Shown here one piece after another: positions 18,501-28,539 of a stretch of DNA of 64,000 nt. The notes below the pieces were generated by a model. It was not told where the DNA came from, ran no database searches, and worked only from the letters and a program-made list of their open reading frames with translations. A program made the translations under genes and the position numbers. The stretch comes from a virus, in the IMG/VR virus record IMGVR_UViG_3300042564_005549, positions 1 to 64,000 of that record. One strand, given 5' to 3'. Each line of letters opens with the position of its first letter. Within the stretch, counting starts at the first letter, position 1.

Positions 18501-21353
18501 TATAGAGGAGCAAATCCAAATAGTCAATATGGTTTCTTCCCGTATTATCATTCTATATTTCATCAAATAGCGAATGATTATACTTTTTATAATCCATTTG
18601 CAACCACAGGAAATACGATGTATACTGAAATGGTAGATAAAGGTGTTGTAAAACCAATTTTTAAAATTGGGGGTGACGGAGGATGGAGTTGGAGTGTTAT
18701 GGTTGATAACTCTAAATTCGATTCAAAAGACCAAAGATATACGTTATTACCGGGTTCAGGACACATCTATTCAAATATGTCCACAACCGGATATAGTAGA
18801 AATGAACAAGACAATTTTAAAACTTATTGGTCAAACTATGACCAAATTTATATGGGTAATGAATCACCACTTTATAGTGGAGAAACATTTAATCCATCGA
18901 CCCAATATATGGTAAGTAAAAAGAATTGGTTACCAACTTTATCATCCAACAATAGAAAAATTATAGATTTGATTGCAACATTCAAACCTGAAATTTTAGA
19001 TGAGTTTGAAGATATGTTCCTTGAATTTGCGTCAGATACATTAAATGAAGAAGTTCCACAATCAAAATACAACTTCAAGTACAATACATTTAAGAAAATG
19101 CTCAAGGAGATTGTATCAGTTCCGAAATATTCGACCGATACATTTGACACTGTCAGTACTATGAATGACTTTATGATGAATATCTATTGGAGACAAAAAG
19201 AAAAATTATTCCAAATCTCTAATGACATTTTAAGTAATGACAACTTAGTTAAGATAACTTTATCAAATCCAAAGGAAATCAATGCTCACGTATTAGGTGG
19301 ATTCGCACAGGCAAACGTTGAGAGATTCTCAACGGGTGAAGACTTCGATGCCGGACAAATCAATACTGAAACACAAAATTATATAAAACTATATCTCGGA
19401 GAAGATATGGACAATTACTATGAGGATTTCTTCAGGTATAATAATGTTGAGTTAAGTGTTGATAACATTAAAAGATTTAGATTTTTAATTTACATATATG
19501 CTGGATTTAGAAAGGCCGGTAACGGAATAAGTAAAGCTGACTTTGTGAATTATTTAAGAAACAATATCATATTAAAAGATTCGGACCCCGTATCAAAAGT
19601 TGGGGGACAAGCAAACAGACTAGGTTTATTTTTAAAAGTATTGATTAGTCGATTTAACACACTTAAAGCGGACAATGTTGAACAAAGATTAAAAATAGAC
19701 AGAGGTTATAATGATGATATAATTAAATTAGAATTATACAACTTCTTCAAATCGTTTAACGATAAATGGGTTGCAGGTAACTCAATTGGACAAAGAAATT
19801 TATTAGAGGAATTTTTATTCTTGGATAAAGCTAATGTCGATATTGGTGACTCGGTTTATATTGATATTAAAAAATTAATTGAGATTGGCGACCAAAGAAA
19901 CTCTAAGAAACAAAATTTATATGGAACCATCTCAAATTTAATATCGAGAACCGGTTTCGATATGAGAGCAATGCCAGCTTATATTAATTTCTACGGAACG
20001 AACTATAACAACAAAGCAAAAATAACTCCGTCAAAAACGGTTGCAAAAAATATATTCGGAACTTTCTTGGAGGTTGATTATCAGGATTCATCACCTAAAA
20101 TCATTTTACAATATACAGGACCAACTTCAAAATATTTGGAGATGAGTGAAGTGAATAAAAAAATGATGTTTAAGGACGATAGTTTTAATATTCAACAACC
20201 AAATAACAATCCGGTATTAGTTGCTCCCGAAGTATTCAACACAATCGATTTCTTTAAATCAAATAAAGCGGTTGCGTTTGAGGTTAGTTTTGGTGACCAA
20301 AACCAAGGAATATTCAAGGGGATTGAATTAAATCAGTCTTCAGTTAAAAATACATCCGAATCATTTGCGGTGTTAGAAAGATTAGGTGCTAGTGAAACAG
20401 GTTCAAGTACTGCACAGGTGGATATTGGGTTGTTTGACATTTATAGGTCACAGTCCTACACTTGTGATGTTACTATGATGGGTAATGTAATGATTCAACC
20501 TACAATGTACTTCTATCTTAAAAACATACCATTATTTAGAGGAACATATTGGATTCAAGAGGTTACACACAGTATTAGAAATAACACCATTGAAACAACC
20601 TTCAAGGGTACAAGAATACCTATTACTTCACTCCCTGACCCTAAAGACTCGTTTATGGCAAGTTATAGAGCGTTGTTTGATAAAATGGTTGCTAAGGCGG
20701 TGGCCAAAGTTAAAGATGAAAATCAAAAACTTGCAAATAAAACTAATAACGAAAAAGTAGTACAGGATAATAAAGGTAACACTTACGTTTATGACCCGGG
20801 TACTAAAACGGTTAGTGGTGAAAAAATAATTGAGAACGCTTCATCTACTCCATATGGTATTTCATATAATGGATTTAAGAATGAGAAGTATGTTCAATTA
20901 GTAAAATACAATGATGAAGAGTGGTTAAGAGGTAATGTTGTGACTATGGGAGGTACTAATTACCCAATTGGTAATGATATTGACTTAGGATTTGTTAGTA
21001 GATATGAATTTACATCGGGAAGTACGAAAACTAGTAGTAGAGTTAAATGGGTTGAGGTTAGTCCAAACTCAGATAAAGATATGTTCTATTCAACTAAATT
21101 CTTATTTGATAGTGTACTCACACCTAATACAATTTTAGAGGGTTCACCTAAAACTGAATTCTTTAATCCTGACCCTAAGAAAAATAAGAAATATACACTC
21201 GGATATAGTTACAATTTCGATACAAGAAGATTCGTCGGACCTGTTAACACAGGACCTGCAGATATACCTTATGGTATAGGTATGTCTAAAGCATTAATGA
21301 AAGAACTTGATTTATATGATGGAGATATTGTTTATTTCCGATTAATAAAATAG
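15498..21353 (+). CDS. very large baseplate hub protein (gp27/gpD-like C-terminal part)
   Basis: 1951 aa. YTCDVTMMGNVMIQPTMYFYL...GTYWIQEVTHSI...TTFKGTR is hub/late-control-D-like. Follows the LysM gene. Confidence 0.6.
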   Translation: MASKKGNTNDILVKVDQNNLMYIDPNSVVSDGQVLMRESKPEELVMYVNLEADLIPRTTLVTGNEASTLTSIAKGTFNLMRNAEGRDFDSKWTDAYTEYDQKTKKDKDGNQIPTGQFYQFDSTAQSFGIDSISIQIQGVNVIPQVNIKFIDVRGKTLFESPENSPYKAFFHLPWPIFYLTIKGFYGKAIRYRLHLVKFNSRFNSGNGNFEVDTTFVGSTYAYLNDIPLDGIMEAPYMFPIESIKDGKFNEKTKKYEKVIKKTSRGLTVLKSVYSEYRQKGLLPKTFPDKTLREVIKIAQRLETILEEEIFSKTADPKVLNGIREFDNILKNFEKALVSWKSKNLSAEFFRKEPNESIEWNVLLEKSKPATSLATLTGSTPGTLELLIKTNIQSMDNNQAFGKNRDVKLLKDKTINTRTISGDALLNLKNFYKVDSKIGVDINGMLQTLYTIQKDYIEERNKLEQLIEKKMNDIIKRRDIGIGFEPTIRNVVGLILANADTYIRLLKDTHYKAFQVAEQRKDILNSVSTDSVGESIYPWPEVKKPATGKKQNVLEYPGSFEMAKKLQSYDKKLWPEVDFVENYHAVSTKKIEPNDSNENGPDLIDYTTNNDSESLQKRDISMLTYLNGAIPYDDKSISSILYEIWERATYVTTIDSFNNNTIQELALLEFDNIKNRVAEDFDIIEVLKTSVRNTEELKKYMLGFSAYERYPYYEDQLPTIPYIRESLESDFKIEKYVPKNKSLSNNRYYPNLAQNLINYIGEEYRVNLYPFNSTEYSNFLSPSGYTKNQIHLKGMVRLNTTEDFISSPIEPEMWVWSDEVEYVVDISGSTGRNTRKGRNLFDNHISFDTIDYQGAPTTELRMMINTPYFHKQLYNDYQNRKSKGRFAGSAYLLLNQLNFKDLSHQLTDKVNQILQAVSHIPQDGVLMSSMFRELGASHYVPYHLVLKWGALYHRYKRHILEGVDILSGITEPINTKLFYDLNLDRTYTLPFTGRQGTTSINIYRGANPNSQYGFFPYYHSIFHQIANDYTFYNPFATTGNTMYTEMVDKGVVKPIFKIGGDGGWSWSVMVDNSKFDSKDQRYTLLPGSGHIYSNMSTTGYSRNEQDNFKTYWSNYDQIYMGNESPLYSGETFNPSTQYMVSKKNWLPTLSSNNRKIIDLIATFKPEILDEFEDMFLEFASDTLNEEVPQSKYNFKYNTFKKMLKEIVSVPKYSTDTFDTVSTMNDFMMNIYWRQKEKLFQISNDILSNDNLVKITLSNPKEINAHVLGGFAQANVERFSTGEDFDAGQINTETQNYIKLYLGEDMDNYYEDFFRYNNVELSVDNIKRFRFLIYIYAGFRKAGNGISKADFVNYLRNNIILKDSDPVSKVGGQANRLGLFLKVLISRFNTLKADNVEQRLKIDRGYNDDIIKLELYNFFKSFNDKWVAGNSIGQRNLLEEFLFLDKANVDIGDSVYIDIKKLIEIGDQRNSKKQNLYGTISNLISRTGFDMRAMPAYINFYGTNYNNKAKITPSKTVAKNIFGTFLEVDYQDSSPKIILQYTGPTSKYLEMSEVNKKMMFKDDSFNIQQPNNNPVLVAPEVFNTIDFFKSNKAVAFEVSFGDQNQGIFKGIELNQSSVKNTSESFAVLERLGASETGSSTAQVDIGLFDIYRSQSYTCDVTMMGNVMIQPTMYFYLKNIPLFRGTYWIQEVTHSIRNNTIETTFKGTRIPITSLPDPKDSFMASYRALFDKMVAKAVAKVKDENQKLANKTNNEKVVQDNKGNTYVYDPGTKTVSGEKIIENASSTPYGISYNGFKNEKYVQLVKYNDEEWLRGNVVTMGGTNYPIGNDIDLGFVSRYEFTSGSTKTSSRVKWVEVSPNSDKDMFYSTKFLFDSVLTPNTILEGSPKTEFFNPDPKKNKKYTLGYSYNFDTRRFVGPVNTGPADIPYGIGMSKALMKELDLYDGDIVYFRLIK

Positions 21354-21388
21354 AATTTAAAAAATTCTTGATATTTATATAAAAAGAT

Positions 21389-21592
21389 ATGGAAAACTTA
21401 AAAATAAAAAACTCAGTAGACCAATTCTTGAATCCAAAATCAGTTAAGGGAGTATCTCAAGACGGAATGGAAAGAGAAGAGTGTGATTTAGTAACAGGGG
21501 AATGTTACATCATCAGGTCAAAAGACGGTATCGTTGAAAGAATCAATAAAAAATACATTACCGAAGACGGTAGACAATTATTACAAGACTAA
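21389..21592 (+). CDS. small hypothetical protein (CDLVTGEC motif)
   Basis: 67-aa ORF preceded by TATTTATA at 21372. Confidence 0.7.
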   Translation: MENLKIKNSVDQFLNPKSVKGVSQDGMEREECDLVTGECYIIRSKDGIVERINKKYITEDGRQLLQD

Positions 21593-21596
21593 TACT

Positions 21597-22292
21597 ATGT
21601 TAGAACAAAAATTAATGGAAGAGTTAAATCGTCACAAAGCGATTAACAAATACACAAAGACAATGATTATGGAACAAGATATGGGTGCGGATACCGCAAC
21701 ACCAGCAGTTCCACCGGCAGACCCATTAGCAGCACCACCAGCACCTGAAGGAGCTCCACTTGATGCTGCGGCCGACCCTGCAGCTATGGGAGCTGACCCA
21801 GCGGCTATGGGTGGAGACCCTGCAGCAATGGGGGCAGCACCTGAAGCACCTGCAGCTGACGCGGGTAGTACTGAAGAAATTGATATTACTGATTTAGTTA
21901 ATATGACTAAAAACATTAAAAATCAATTAGACCAATCAAAAGATAGTAGTGGTGACGTTATTCAAAAAATGGACGGTGTGTTTAGTAAGTTAACCGACTT
22001 AGAACAAAAATTAGCACAGATGGACTCTGTAATGGCTAAAATTGATGAGTTAGGTTCACGTATCGAACAAGTAAAACCAAAAACTCCTCAAGAGAAATTG
22101 GAAATGCGTTCTTTAGATTCTTATCCATTCAACCAACATCCACAAGATTTCTTCTCACAAAAACAAGACGAAATGAGACAAACAGGTAAAAACGAATATG
22201 TTTTAACTAAGGATGATGTTGAAAATTACGGAAAAGAACAAATAATGAAATCATTTAACCCAGACCAAGACGATAATGAACCTCAGTACTAA
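21597..22292 (+). CDS. hypothetical protein with Ala/Pro-rich DPAAMG repeats and a coiled coil
   Basis: Start set at ATG 21597 (MLEQKLMEELNR). Three tandem DPAAMG units. Confidence 0.7.
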   Translation: MLEQKLMEELNRHKAINKYTKTMIMEQDMGADTATPAVPPADPLAAPPAPEGAPLDAAADPAAMGADPAAMGGDPAAMGAAPEAPAADAGSTEEIDITDLVNMTKNIKNQLDQSKDSSGDVIQKMDGVFSKLTDLEQKLAQMDSVMAKIDELGSRIEQVKPKTPQEKLEMRSLDSYPFNQHPQDFFSQKQDEMRQTGKNEYVLTKDDVENYGKEQIMKSFNPDQDDNEPQY

Positions 22293-22650
22293 CGTTCAAT
22301 TTCTATTAGAAGCTCAAATACAATTCAAAATATTACATTGGCAAACCAAAGGATATTCTAGACATATTGCATTTGGTGACATATATTCATCTATGGATGA
22401 GAATATCGATTCATTTGTTGAGGTGGCGATGGGAAAATATGGTAGATTTACATTAGGTGATAACGAAAAGACACTTAATTTACAAAATTTATCAGAATTA
22501 GATTTGACAACATTTTTAAAAACCTTGAAATCAAACATAATCGGATTATCGAACGGTTTATCTCAAGAGAAAGACACAGACTTATTAAACATCAAAGACG
22601 AGATTTTAGCAGACGTAAACAAATTATCGTATCTCTTAACTTTAGAATAG
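22276..22650 (+). CDS. ferritin/Dps-like protein (DUF5856-like)
   Basis: LHWQTKGYSRHIAFGDIY...IDSFVEVAMG; C-terminal NIKDEILADVNKLSYLLTL. Confidence 0.8.
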   Translation: MNLSTNVQFLLEAQIQFKILHWQTKGYSRHIAFGDIYSSMDENIDSFVEVAMGKYGRFTLGDNEKTLNLQNLSELDLTTFLKTLKSNIIGLSNGLSQEKDTDLLNIKDEILADVNKLSYLLTLE

Positions 22651-22672
22651 ATTTACTAAAAAAAATCTTTAG

Positions 22673-22700
22673 AGCCGGGTTTGACAATCCGGCTTTTTTT
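22673..22700 (+). terminator. terminator closing the structural block
   Basis: AGCCGGGTT-TGAC-AATCCGGCT followed by a T tract. Confidence 0.8.
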
Positions 22701-22711
22701 GTTTATATTTT
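22680..22711 (+). promoter_or_regulatory. early/middle promoter for the replication cassette
   Basis: TTGACA (22681-22686)-17 nt-TATATT (22704-22709). It also reads as TTTG-20 nt-TATATTTT, close to the Bacteroidota -33/-7 consensus. Confidence 0.65.
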
Positions 22712-22750
22712 TACTATAGACAATTATTATTTATTTAAAACCCAATTATT

Positions 22751-23605
22751 ATGTCAGTATTAGATTCGGTACTTGCTCAATATGAGAAGTCCAAAAACGC
22801 CGCAAGCGGCAGTGCAAGCAAAGTATCCCAAGAGGATAGAATGAAAAAGTATTTCACAACAATCTTACCAAAAGGTGTGAGAAGTGTGGAAAAACGTATT
22901 CGTATTTTACCACCATCTGATGGTGGAACCCCATTCGTACCCGTTAAATTTCACGAAATTCAAATTGACGGTAAATGGACTAAATTGTATGACCCGGCAC
23001 AAGAGGGTAAACGTTCACCATTAAACGAGGTTTATGATAGTTTGATGATGACAGGAGTTGCAGAAGACAGAGAACTTGCAAGAAATTATCGTTCTCGTGG
23101 TTTCTACATCGTTAAAGTTATCGACCGTGATAACGAACAAGACGGACCAAAATTTTGGAGATTTAAACACAATACAAAATCAGACGGTGTTTTAGATAAA
23201 ATCCACCCAATTTTCAGAACTAAAGGTGATGTATCAGACGCAAAAACTGGTCGTGATTTGATTCTTACTTTATCCCTAACTAAAGCGGGTAATGGTAAAG
23301 AATACACAACAATCAGTTCAGTAATACCTGATGATTCTGCACCACTTCACACAGATGAGGCAATTGCTCAACAATGGGTTAATGATGAATTAACTTGGGC
23401 AGATGTTTATTCTAAAAAAGGAGAAGATTATCTTGAAATGGTAGCAAGAGGAGAAGTACCTCGTTGGGATAGTGAAGCTAAAAAATTCGTTTCAAATTCA
23501 ACAGGAGAAGCAACATTTGGAGGAACTTCAACCCCATCTACACCATCCACACCTGTGGTTGACCCACAAGAAGATGATGACGCTGACGGAGACTTACCGT
23601 TCTAA
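22751..23605 (+). CDS. single-stranded DNA-binding protein (T4 gp32-like)
   Basis: RIRILP, YIVKVIDRD, GRDLIL and an acidic tail ending DDDADGDLPF. Confidence 0.85.
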   Translation: MSVLDSVLAQYEKSKNAASGSASKVSQEDRMKKYFTTILPKGVRSVEKRIRILPPSDGGTPFVPVKFHEIQIDGKWTKLYDPAQEGKRSPLNEVYDSLMMTGVAEDRELARNYRSRGFYIVKVIDRDNEQDGPKFWRFKHNTKSDGVLDKIHPIFRTKGDVSDAKTGRDLILTLSLTKAGNGKEYTTISSVIPDDSAPLHTDEAIAQQWVNDELTWADVYSKKGEDYLEMVARGEVPRWDSEAKKFVSNSTGEATFGGTSTPSTPSTPVVDPQEDDDADGDLPF

Positions 23606-23615
23606 TTAATTCATA

Positions 23616-23643
23616 GGGGTGGTGAAATATCCACCCCATTTTT
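23616..23643 (+). terminator. hairpin/terminator after SSB
   Basis: GGGGTGG-8 nt-CCACCCC-ATTTTT. Confidence 0.65.
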
Positions 23644-23655
23644 AAAAACAACACA

Positions 23656-24636
23656 ATGGCAGGTATTAAAAAAACAGATTTCTCGGCAATTAAGAAGAAA
23701 TTCTCAAAAGAGGCGGAATATAAACCAGACCGTTTCTTTGATTTAGGAGATGCTTTCTTAGAAGCCACAGGTTTACCGGGTCCAGCAATGGGTCACATCA
23801 ATATGTTATTAGGACATAGTGATACGGGTAAAACAACCGCATTAGTTAAAACTGCGGTAGATGCACAAAAGAAAGGAATTATTCCTGTGTTCATCATTAC
23901 AGAACAAAAATGGAGTTGGGAACACGCGGAATTGATGGGATTTGACAAAGAGGGTGATTACCTTTTTAACAGTGATTTTGAATATATCGAACAAATTACA
24001 GATTACATCAATGATTTGTTAGATGCACAACAAAAAGGAGACATTCCTCACGATTTATTATTCCTTTGGGATTCGGTAGGTTCAGTTCCTTGTAAAATGA
24101 CTTTCGATGGTAAAGGTGGTAAACAACACAATGCGTCAGTTTTAGCTGATAAAATTGGTATGGGTATCAATCAACGTATCGCGGGTTCAAGAAGAACTGA
24201 CAAACCTTACACAAGTACATTGGTTATTGTTAACCAACCTTGGGTAGAATTACCTGACAATCCTTTTGGACAACCAAAAATCAAAGCTAAAGGTGGTGAA
24301 GCCATTTGGTTAAACTCATCATTAGTATTCTTATTCGGTAACCAAAAAGGTGCGGGAACTACTAAAATCTCTATCACTAAAGATAAGAGAAAAATCAGAA
24401 TCGCTACACGTACCAAAATCTCAATCAGTAAGAACCACATCAATGGTGGTGGATATGAGGATGGTCGTATCTTGGTAACTCCACAAGGATTTATGCACGG
24501 TAAAGACGATACTGAAGAAAAACGTTCTATCGAAGAGTACAAACGTGACAACGGAGAGTACATCGGTAAACAATTAGGTGTTAATGTTACAGACATCGCA
24601 GATACACAAGTTGTAACAGAGGAAAGTGATATATAA
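23656..24636 (+). CDS. RecA/UvsX-like recombinase
   Basis: Walker A GHSDTGKTT, Walker B FLWDSVG, VIVNQ, KGGEA. Confidence 0.9.
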   Translation: MAGIKKTDFSAIKKKFSKEAEYKPDRFFDLGDAFLEATGLPGPAMGHINMLLGHSDTGKTTALVKTAVDAQKKGIIPVFIITEQKWSWEHAELMGFDKEGDYLFNSDFEYIEQITDYINDLLDAQQKGDIPHDLLFLWDSVGSVPCKMTFDGKGGKQHNASVLADKIGMGINQRIAGSRRTDKPYTSTLVIVNQPWVELPDNPFGQPKIKAKGGEAIWLNSSLVFLFGNQKGAGTTKISITKDKRKIRIATRTKISISKNHINGGGYEDGRILVTPQGFMHGKDDTEEKRSIEEYKRDNGEYIGKQLGVNVTDIADTQVVTEESDI

Positions 24637-24649
24637 TAAATTAATTTAA

Positions 24650-25663
24650 ATGTCCGTTCTACTTGTTGATGGAGACAATTTACTTACGATTGGTTTTTAT
24701 GGTCTCAAAAACCACTACTATAAGGGTAAACATATTGGAGGAATCTATCATTTTGTTAATACTCTTAGCAGAGCGTTTGAGATATATGGATTAGACAAAA
24801 TCGTAGTATTTTGGGATGGGGAAAATTCTGCAATCTTAAGAAAACAGATTTACCACCAATACAAAGAGAATAGAAAAAGTAGATTAAGAACTGAGGAGGA
24901 ACTTGACAATTACAATTACCAAAGAGTCAGAATTAAGCAATACCTTGAGGAACTATATGTTAGACAAGGTGAATACCCAAATTGTGAAACTGACGATTGT
25001 ATTGCGTATTATGTTCAAAATTCTCCAAATGAGAAAAAGATTATATATTCTTCAGACAGAGATTTAGCACAGTTAGTTAACGAGAATACTCAACTATTCA
25101 ATCCTTCACACGGCAAAATCTACAAACCAAAAGATACAATTGAATACGACCACGAAACTATCTTAATTGAAAATGTAAAATTGATTAAGATACTTTGTGG
25201 CGACCCTTCAGACAATATTTCAGGGATAAAGAATATGGGAATTAAAAGACTCATATCTCTTTTCCCCGAAATAAAAAACACTCCGGTCACACTTTCAGAA
25301 ATAAAAGAAAAAGGTAATATGTTATTTGAGCAAGACAAAAATAATTGGCTTGTTAGGAATCTATTGACCGGTGTGACCAAGTACGGTGTTTTCGGGGAGG
25401 AGTTTTTCGACATCAATGACAGAATAGTTAATTTGGATATCCCATTTTTGGATGATAATGCTAAAACTCAAGTTACACAATTAATAAATGAAAATTTAGA
25501 TAAAGAAGGTCGTTCATATAAAAATGCTATGAAAATGATGACGGAAGATGGTATACACCTACTATTACCTAAATCGGACGACGCTTGGAATAAATTCTTA
25601 AACCCATTCTTGAGATTAACAAGAAAAGAAAAAAATAAACACATTTTTAAATTAAAAAAATAA
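24650..25663 (+). CDS. 5'-3' exonuclease / flap endonuclease (T4 RNase H / PolI N-terminal type)
   Basis: LLVDGDN, VFWDG, YKENR, ETDDCIA, SSDRDLAQL, GDPSDNISGIKNMG. Confidence 0.92.
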   Translation: MSVLLVDGDNLLTIGFYGLKNHYYKGKHIGGIYHFVNTLSRAFEIYGLDKIVVFWDGENSAILRKQIYHQYKENRKSRLRTEEELDNYNYQRVRIKQYLEELYVRQGEYPNCETDDCIAYYVQNSPNEKKIIYSSDRDLAQLVNENTQLFNPSHGKIYKPKDTIEYDHETILIENVKLIKILCGDPSDNISGIKNMGIKRLISLFPEIKNTPVTLSEIKEKGNMLFEQDKNNWLVRNLLTGVTKYGVFGEEFFDINDRIVNLDIPFLDDNAKTQVTQLINENLDKEGRSYKNAMKMMTEDGIHLLLPKSDDAWNKFLNPFLRLTRKEKNKHIFKLKK

Positions 25664-25666
25664 ACA

Positions 25667-26110
25667 ATGAACAATCAAGACGTAACAAAATTTGAATTCC
25701 TTTTAACCCTTGAAGGTAATTTCATTATTCAAAGATTCTTTAACGTAAAGGGATATAATCCTCAAGCAAGAAGGTCAATAGATTTACACTACACAGTAAA
25801 AAATATTTGTGACGAAATTGCGGAAGATTTGAAAATAAAAAGTTCCGATTATATGAGCGAAAATCAAAATTATTTCTTGTCTAACGAGAATGTGGAAGAT
25901 AACGAAGCTCAAAAAGAAGAGTACTTTTTATTGGAAGTTAAGCTCAATGACGATGTATTTATTTCAAGAATCTTTCCCGCACATTTCTACCACCCAAAGG
26001 CTAGATACGCGGTAGACATCAGACCAAAAGTTAGGAAAATTTTGTCAGAGTTAACAGACGTTTTGTCAGCTTATGAACTCGAGACGACTTACTTAGGTTA
26101 CGAACTTTAA
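25667..26110 (+). CDS. hypothetical protein
   Basis: 147-aa ORF tightly packed in the replication cassette. Confidence 0.75.
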   Translation: MNNQDVTKFEFLLTLEGNFIIQRFFNVKGYNPQARRSIDLHYTVKNICDEIAEDLKIKSSDYMSENQNYFLSNENVEDNEAQKEEYFLLEVKLNDDVFISRIFPAHFYHPKARYAVDIRPKVRKILSELTDVLSAYELETTYLGYEL

Positions 26111-26142
26111 TAATATTTTTAATATATAAACAAACACATCAA

Positions 26143-27528
26143 ATGAGCGAAAAGAACTTTGGACAACTTGGTCAGAATTTTCAAAAATCCTTAATTAAGG
26201 TAATAATAGAGAACAAAAAATTCGCTGTTACCATAGTTGATGTAATCGAAAGTAAGTATTTTGATGGTCCATATTTTAGATATATTATCGAAAATGTGAA
26301 AGAATTGTATGGTAAGTACGGTGAAATGCCGTCGTATGAGACTTTGGCACAAAAAATTATGACTGAAAATGTTAAAGACACAACATCTTCAATTCATATG
26401 GATACACTTAAAGGTATTCAAGAACACGACTTAACAAATGAGTCTTGGATTATGGATACCGCAATGAATTTTTGTAAACAACAAGTATTAAAGAAAGAAC
26501 TTAAAACTGTTGAGAAAATTATTGAAAATGGTGATTTCGAGGAGTATAGAAAAATTGAACAAATAATTCAAAAAGCACTACAAGTAGGAGCAACGGCGGA
26601 TGACATTAGAGACGTTTTTGAGAACGTTTCAGGAGCATTGGAGAAAGATTCAAGAGTACCGGTTCCATTAGGAATTGTGGGTATTGATAATCTTTTAAAA
26701 GGTGGTTTAGGAATTGGTGAGTTAGGGGTAGTACTTGCACCGACCGGTACAGGTAAAACTACATTACTTACTAAAATTGCAAATAGTGCACACGCATCAG
26801 GTAAGAACGTACTTCAAATCTTCTTTGAAGATAACGTAACGAACATCCTAAGAAAACACTACACTATTTGGACAGGGATTGCACCTGACGACCAATTAGA
26901 GAATAAGGAAGAGGTTATTGCAAGAGTAAAAGAAATCGAGGAGAATTCAAAAGGTCAATTAAAACTATTGAAGATGCCAAGTGATTCTGTTACAATTTCA
27001 GAAATCAAATCTAAAATTAGAAAATTACATTCAGAAGGATTTATTGTTGATGTATTATTAATTGACTATGTTGATTGTATTTCACCTGAAAGGTCTACCT
27101 TTGGTGAAGAATGGAAAGGAGAAGGGTCAATTATGAGAAGTTTAGAGGCGATGACATCTGAATTTAATATCGCCATATGGACGGCAACTCAAGGTAATCG
27201 TGAATCGATTGCGTCTGAAGTTGTAACTACAGACCAAATGGGTGGTTCTATTAAGAAAGCACAAATTGGACACGTGGTTATGTCAGTAGGTAAAACTATG
27301 GAACAAAAAGAACACAATTTAGCAACTATGACGTTGTTAAAGTCACGTATCGGTAGAGATGGTGTAATTTTCCAAAACTGCACATTCAATAATGAAATGT
27401 TAATTATTGATACCGATAGTCAAAACACACTACTTGGATTCGAAGAACAGAAAACACAAGAGAGAGCTAACAGAGCCGCTGAAGTGTACAAGAAAACCCA
27501 AGAAAAAAAACAAATACTAATTAACTAA
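26143..27528 (+). CDS. replicative DnaB-like helicase (T4 gp41-like)
   Basis: LAPTGTGKTT, LLIDYVD, IWTATQGNR, LKSRIG. Confidence 0.92.
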   Translation: MSEKNFGQLGQNFQKSLIKVIIENKKFAVTIVDVIESKYFDGPYFRYIIENVKELYGKYGEMPSYETLAQKIMTENVKDTTSSIHMDTLKGIQEHDLTNESWIMDTAMNFCKQQVLKKELKTVEKIIENGDFEEYRKIEQIIQKALQVGATADDIRDVFENVSGALEKDSRVPVPLGIVGIDNLLKGGLGIGELGVVLAPTGTGKTTLLTKIANSAHASGKNVLQIFFEDNVTNILRKHYTIWTGIAPDDQLENKEEVIARVKEIEENSKGQLKLLKMPSDSVTISEIKSKIRKLHSEGFIVDVLLIDYVDCISPERSTFGEEWKGEGSIMRSLEAMTSEFNIAIWTATQGNRESIASEVVTTDQMGGSIKKAQIGHVVMSVGKTMEQKEHNLATMTLLKSRIGRDGVIFQNCTFNNEMLIIDTDSQNTLLGFEEQKTQERANRAAEVYKKTQEKKQILIN

Positions 27529-27543
27529 AAAAAAACTAAAAAG

Positions 27544-28518
27544 ATGACTGAGAAGATTTTACAAGAAAATCCTGGACGCTTTGTCCTTTTTCCAATCGAA
27601 CATCACGATTTGTGGAAGTTATATAAACAACAAGAAGCTTGTTTTTGGACAGCAGAAGAGATTGATTTATCACAAGATATTTCCGATTGGGAAAATAAAT
27701 TAAATAACGATGAACAACACTTCGTTAAACACGTGTTAGCATTTTTTGCGGCGTCTGACGGTATTGTAAATGAAAATATTGCAATGAATTTTGTTAACTC
27801 AGTACAATATACTGAGGCGAAATTCTTCTATGGTTTTCAGATTATGATGGAGAACATTCATAGTGAAACTTATTCATTGTTAATCGACACATACATCAAA
27901 GACAAAGAAGAACAAAGTAAATTATTCAACGCAATTGAGACAGTACCGGCAATCCAAAAGAAAGCAAAATGGGCGATGAATTATATTGACAATGGTACAT
28001 TTGTTGAAAGACTAATTGCATTTGCAGCTGTTGAAGGTATATTCTTTTCAGGTTCATTCTGTTCACTTTTCTGGTTAAAGAAAAGAGGATTGATGCCAGG
28101 TCTTACATTTTCAAATGAATTGATTTCTCGTGATGAAGGTATGCATTGTGATTATGCTTGTCATCTATATAACAATCATATTGAAAACAAATTGAGTGAA
28201 AAGAAGATTAAGGATATCATTTGTGGAGCATTAGAAATCGAAAAGGAATTTATCCTTGAAGCACTTCCTGTTCGTTTGATTGGTATGAATTCAGATTTGA
28301 TGTCTCAATATCTTGAGTTTGTTACTGATAGACTTTTAGTTGCTTTAGGATGTTCTAAAGTATACAATACCACAAATCCTTTTGATTTTATGGAGAACAT
28401 AGCAATCCAAGGGAAAACTAACTTTTTTGAAAAGAGAGTTGCTGAATACCAAAAGGCAGGAGTACATAATAAATCAGATGAAGAACTTGATAGTGCATTC
28501 TCTGATATGGATTTTTAA
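27544..28518 (+). CDS. nrdB: ribonucleotide reductase class Ia beta subunit
   Basis: [63 protein letters not shown]. Confidence 0.98.
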   Translation: MTEKILQENPGRFVLFPIEHHDLWKLYKQQEACFWTAEEIDLSQDISDWENKLNNDEQHFVKHVLAFFAASDGIVNENIAMNFVNSVQYTEAKFFYGFQIMMENIHSETYSLLIDTYIKDKEEQSKLFNAIETVPAIQKKAKWAMNYIDNGTFVERLIAFAAVEGIFFSGSFCSLFWLKKRGLMPGLTFSNELISRDEGMHCDYACHLYNNHIENKLSEKKIKDIICGALEIEKEFILEALPVRLIGMNSDLMSQYLEFVTDRLLVALGCSKVYNTTNPFDFMENIAIQGKTNFFEKRVAEYQKAGVHNKSDEELDSAFSDMDF

Positions 28519-28539
28519 TATTTAAAAGTTTTTATAAAG

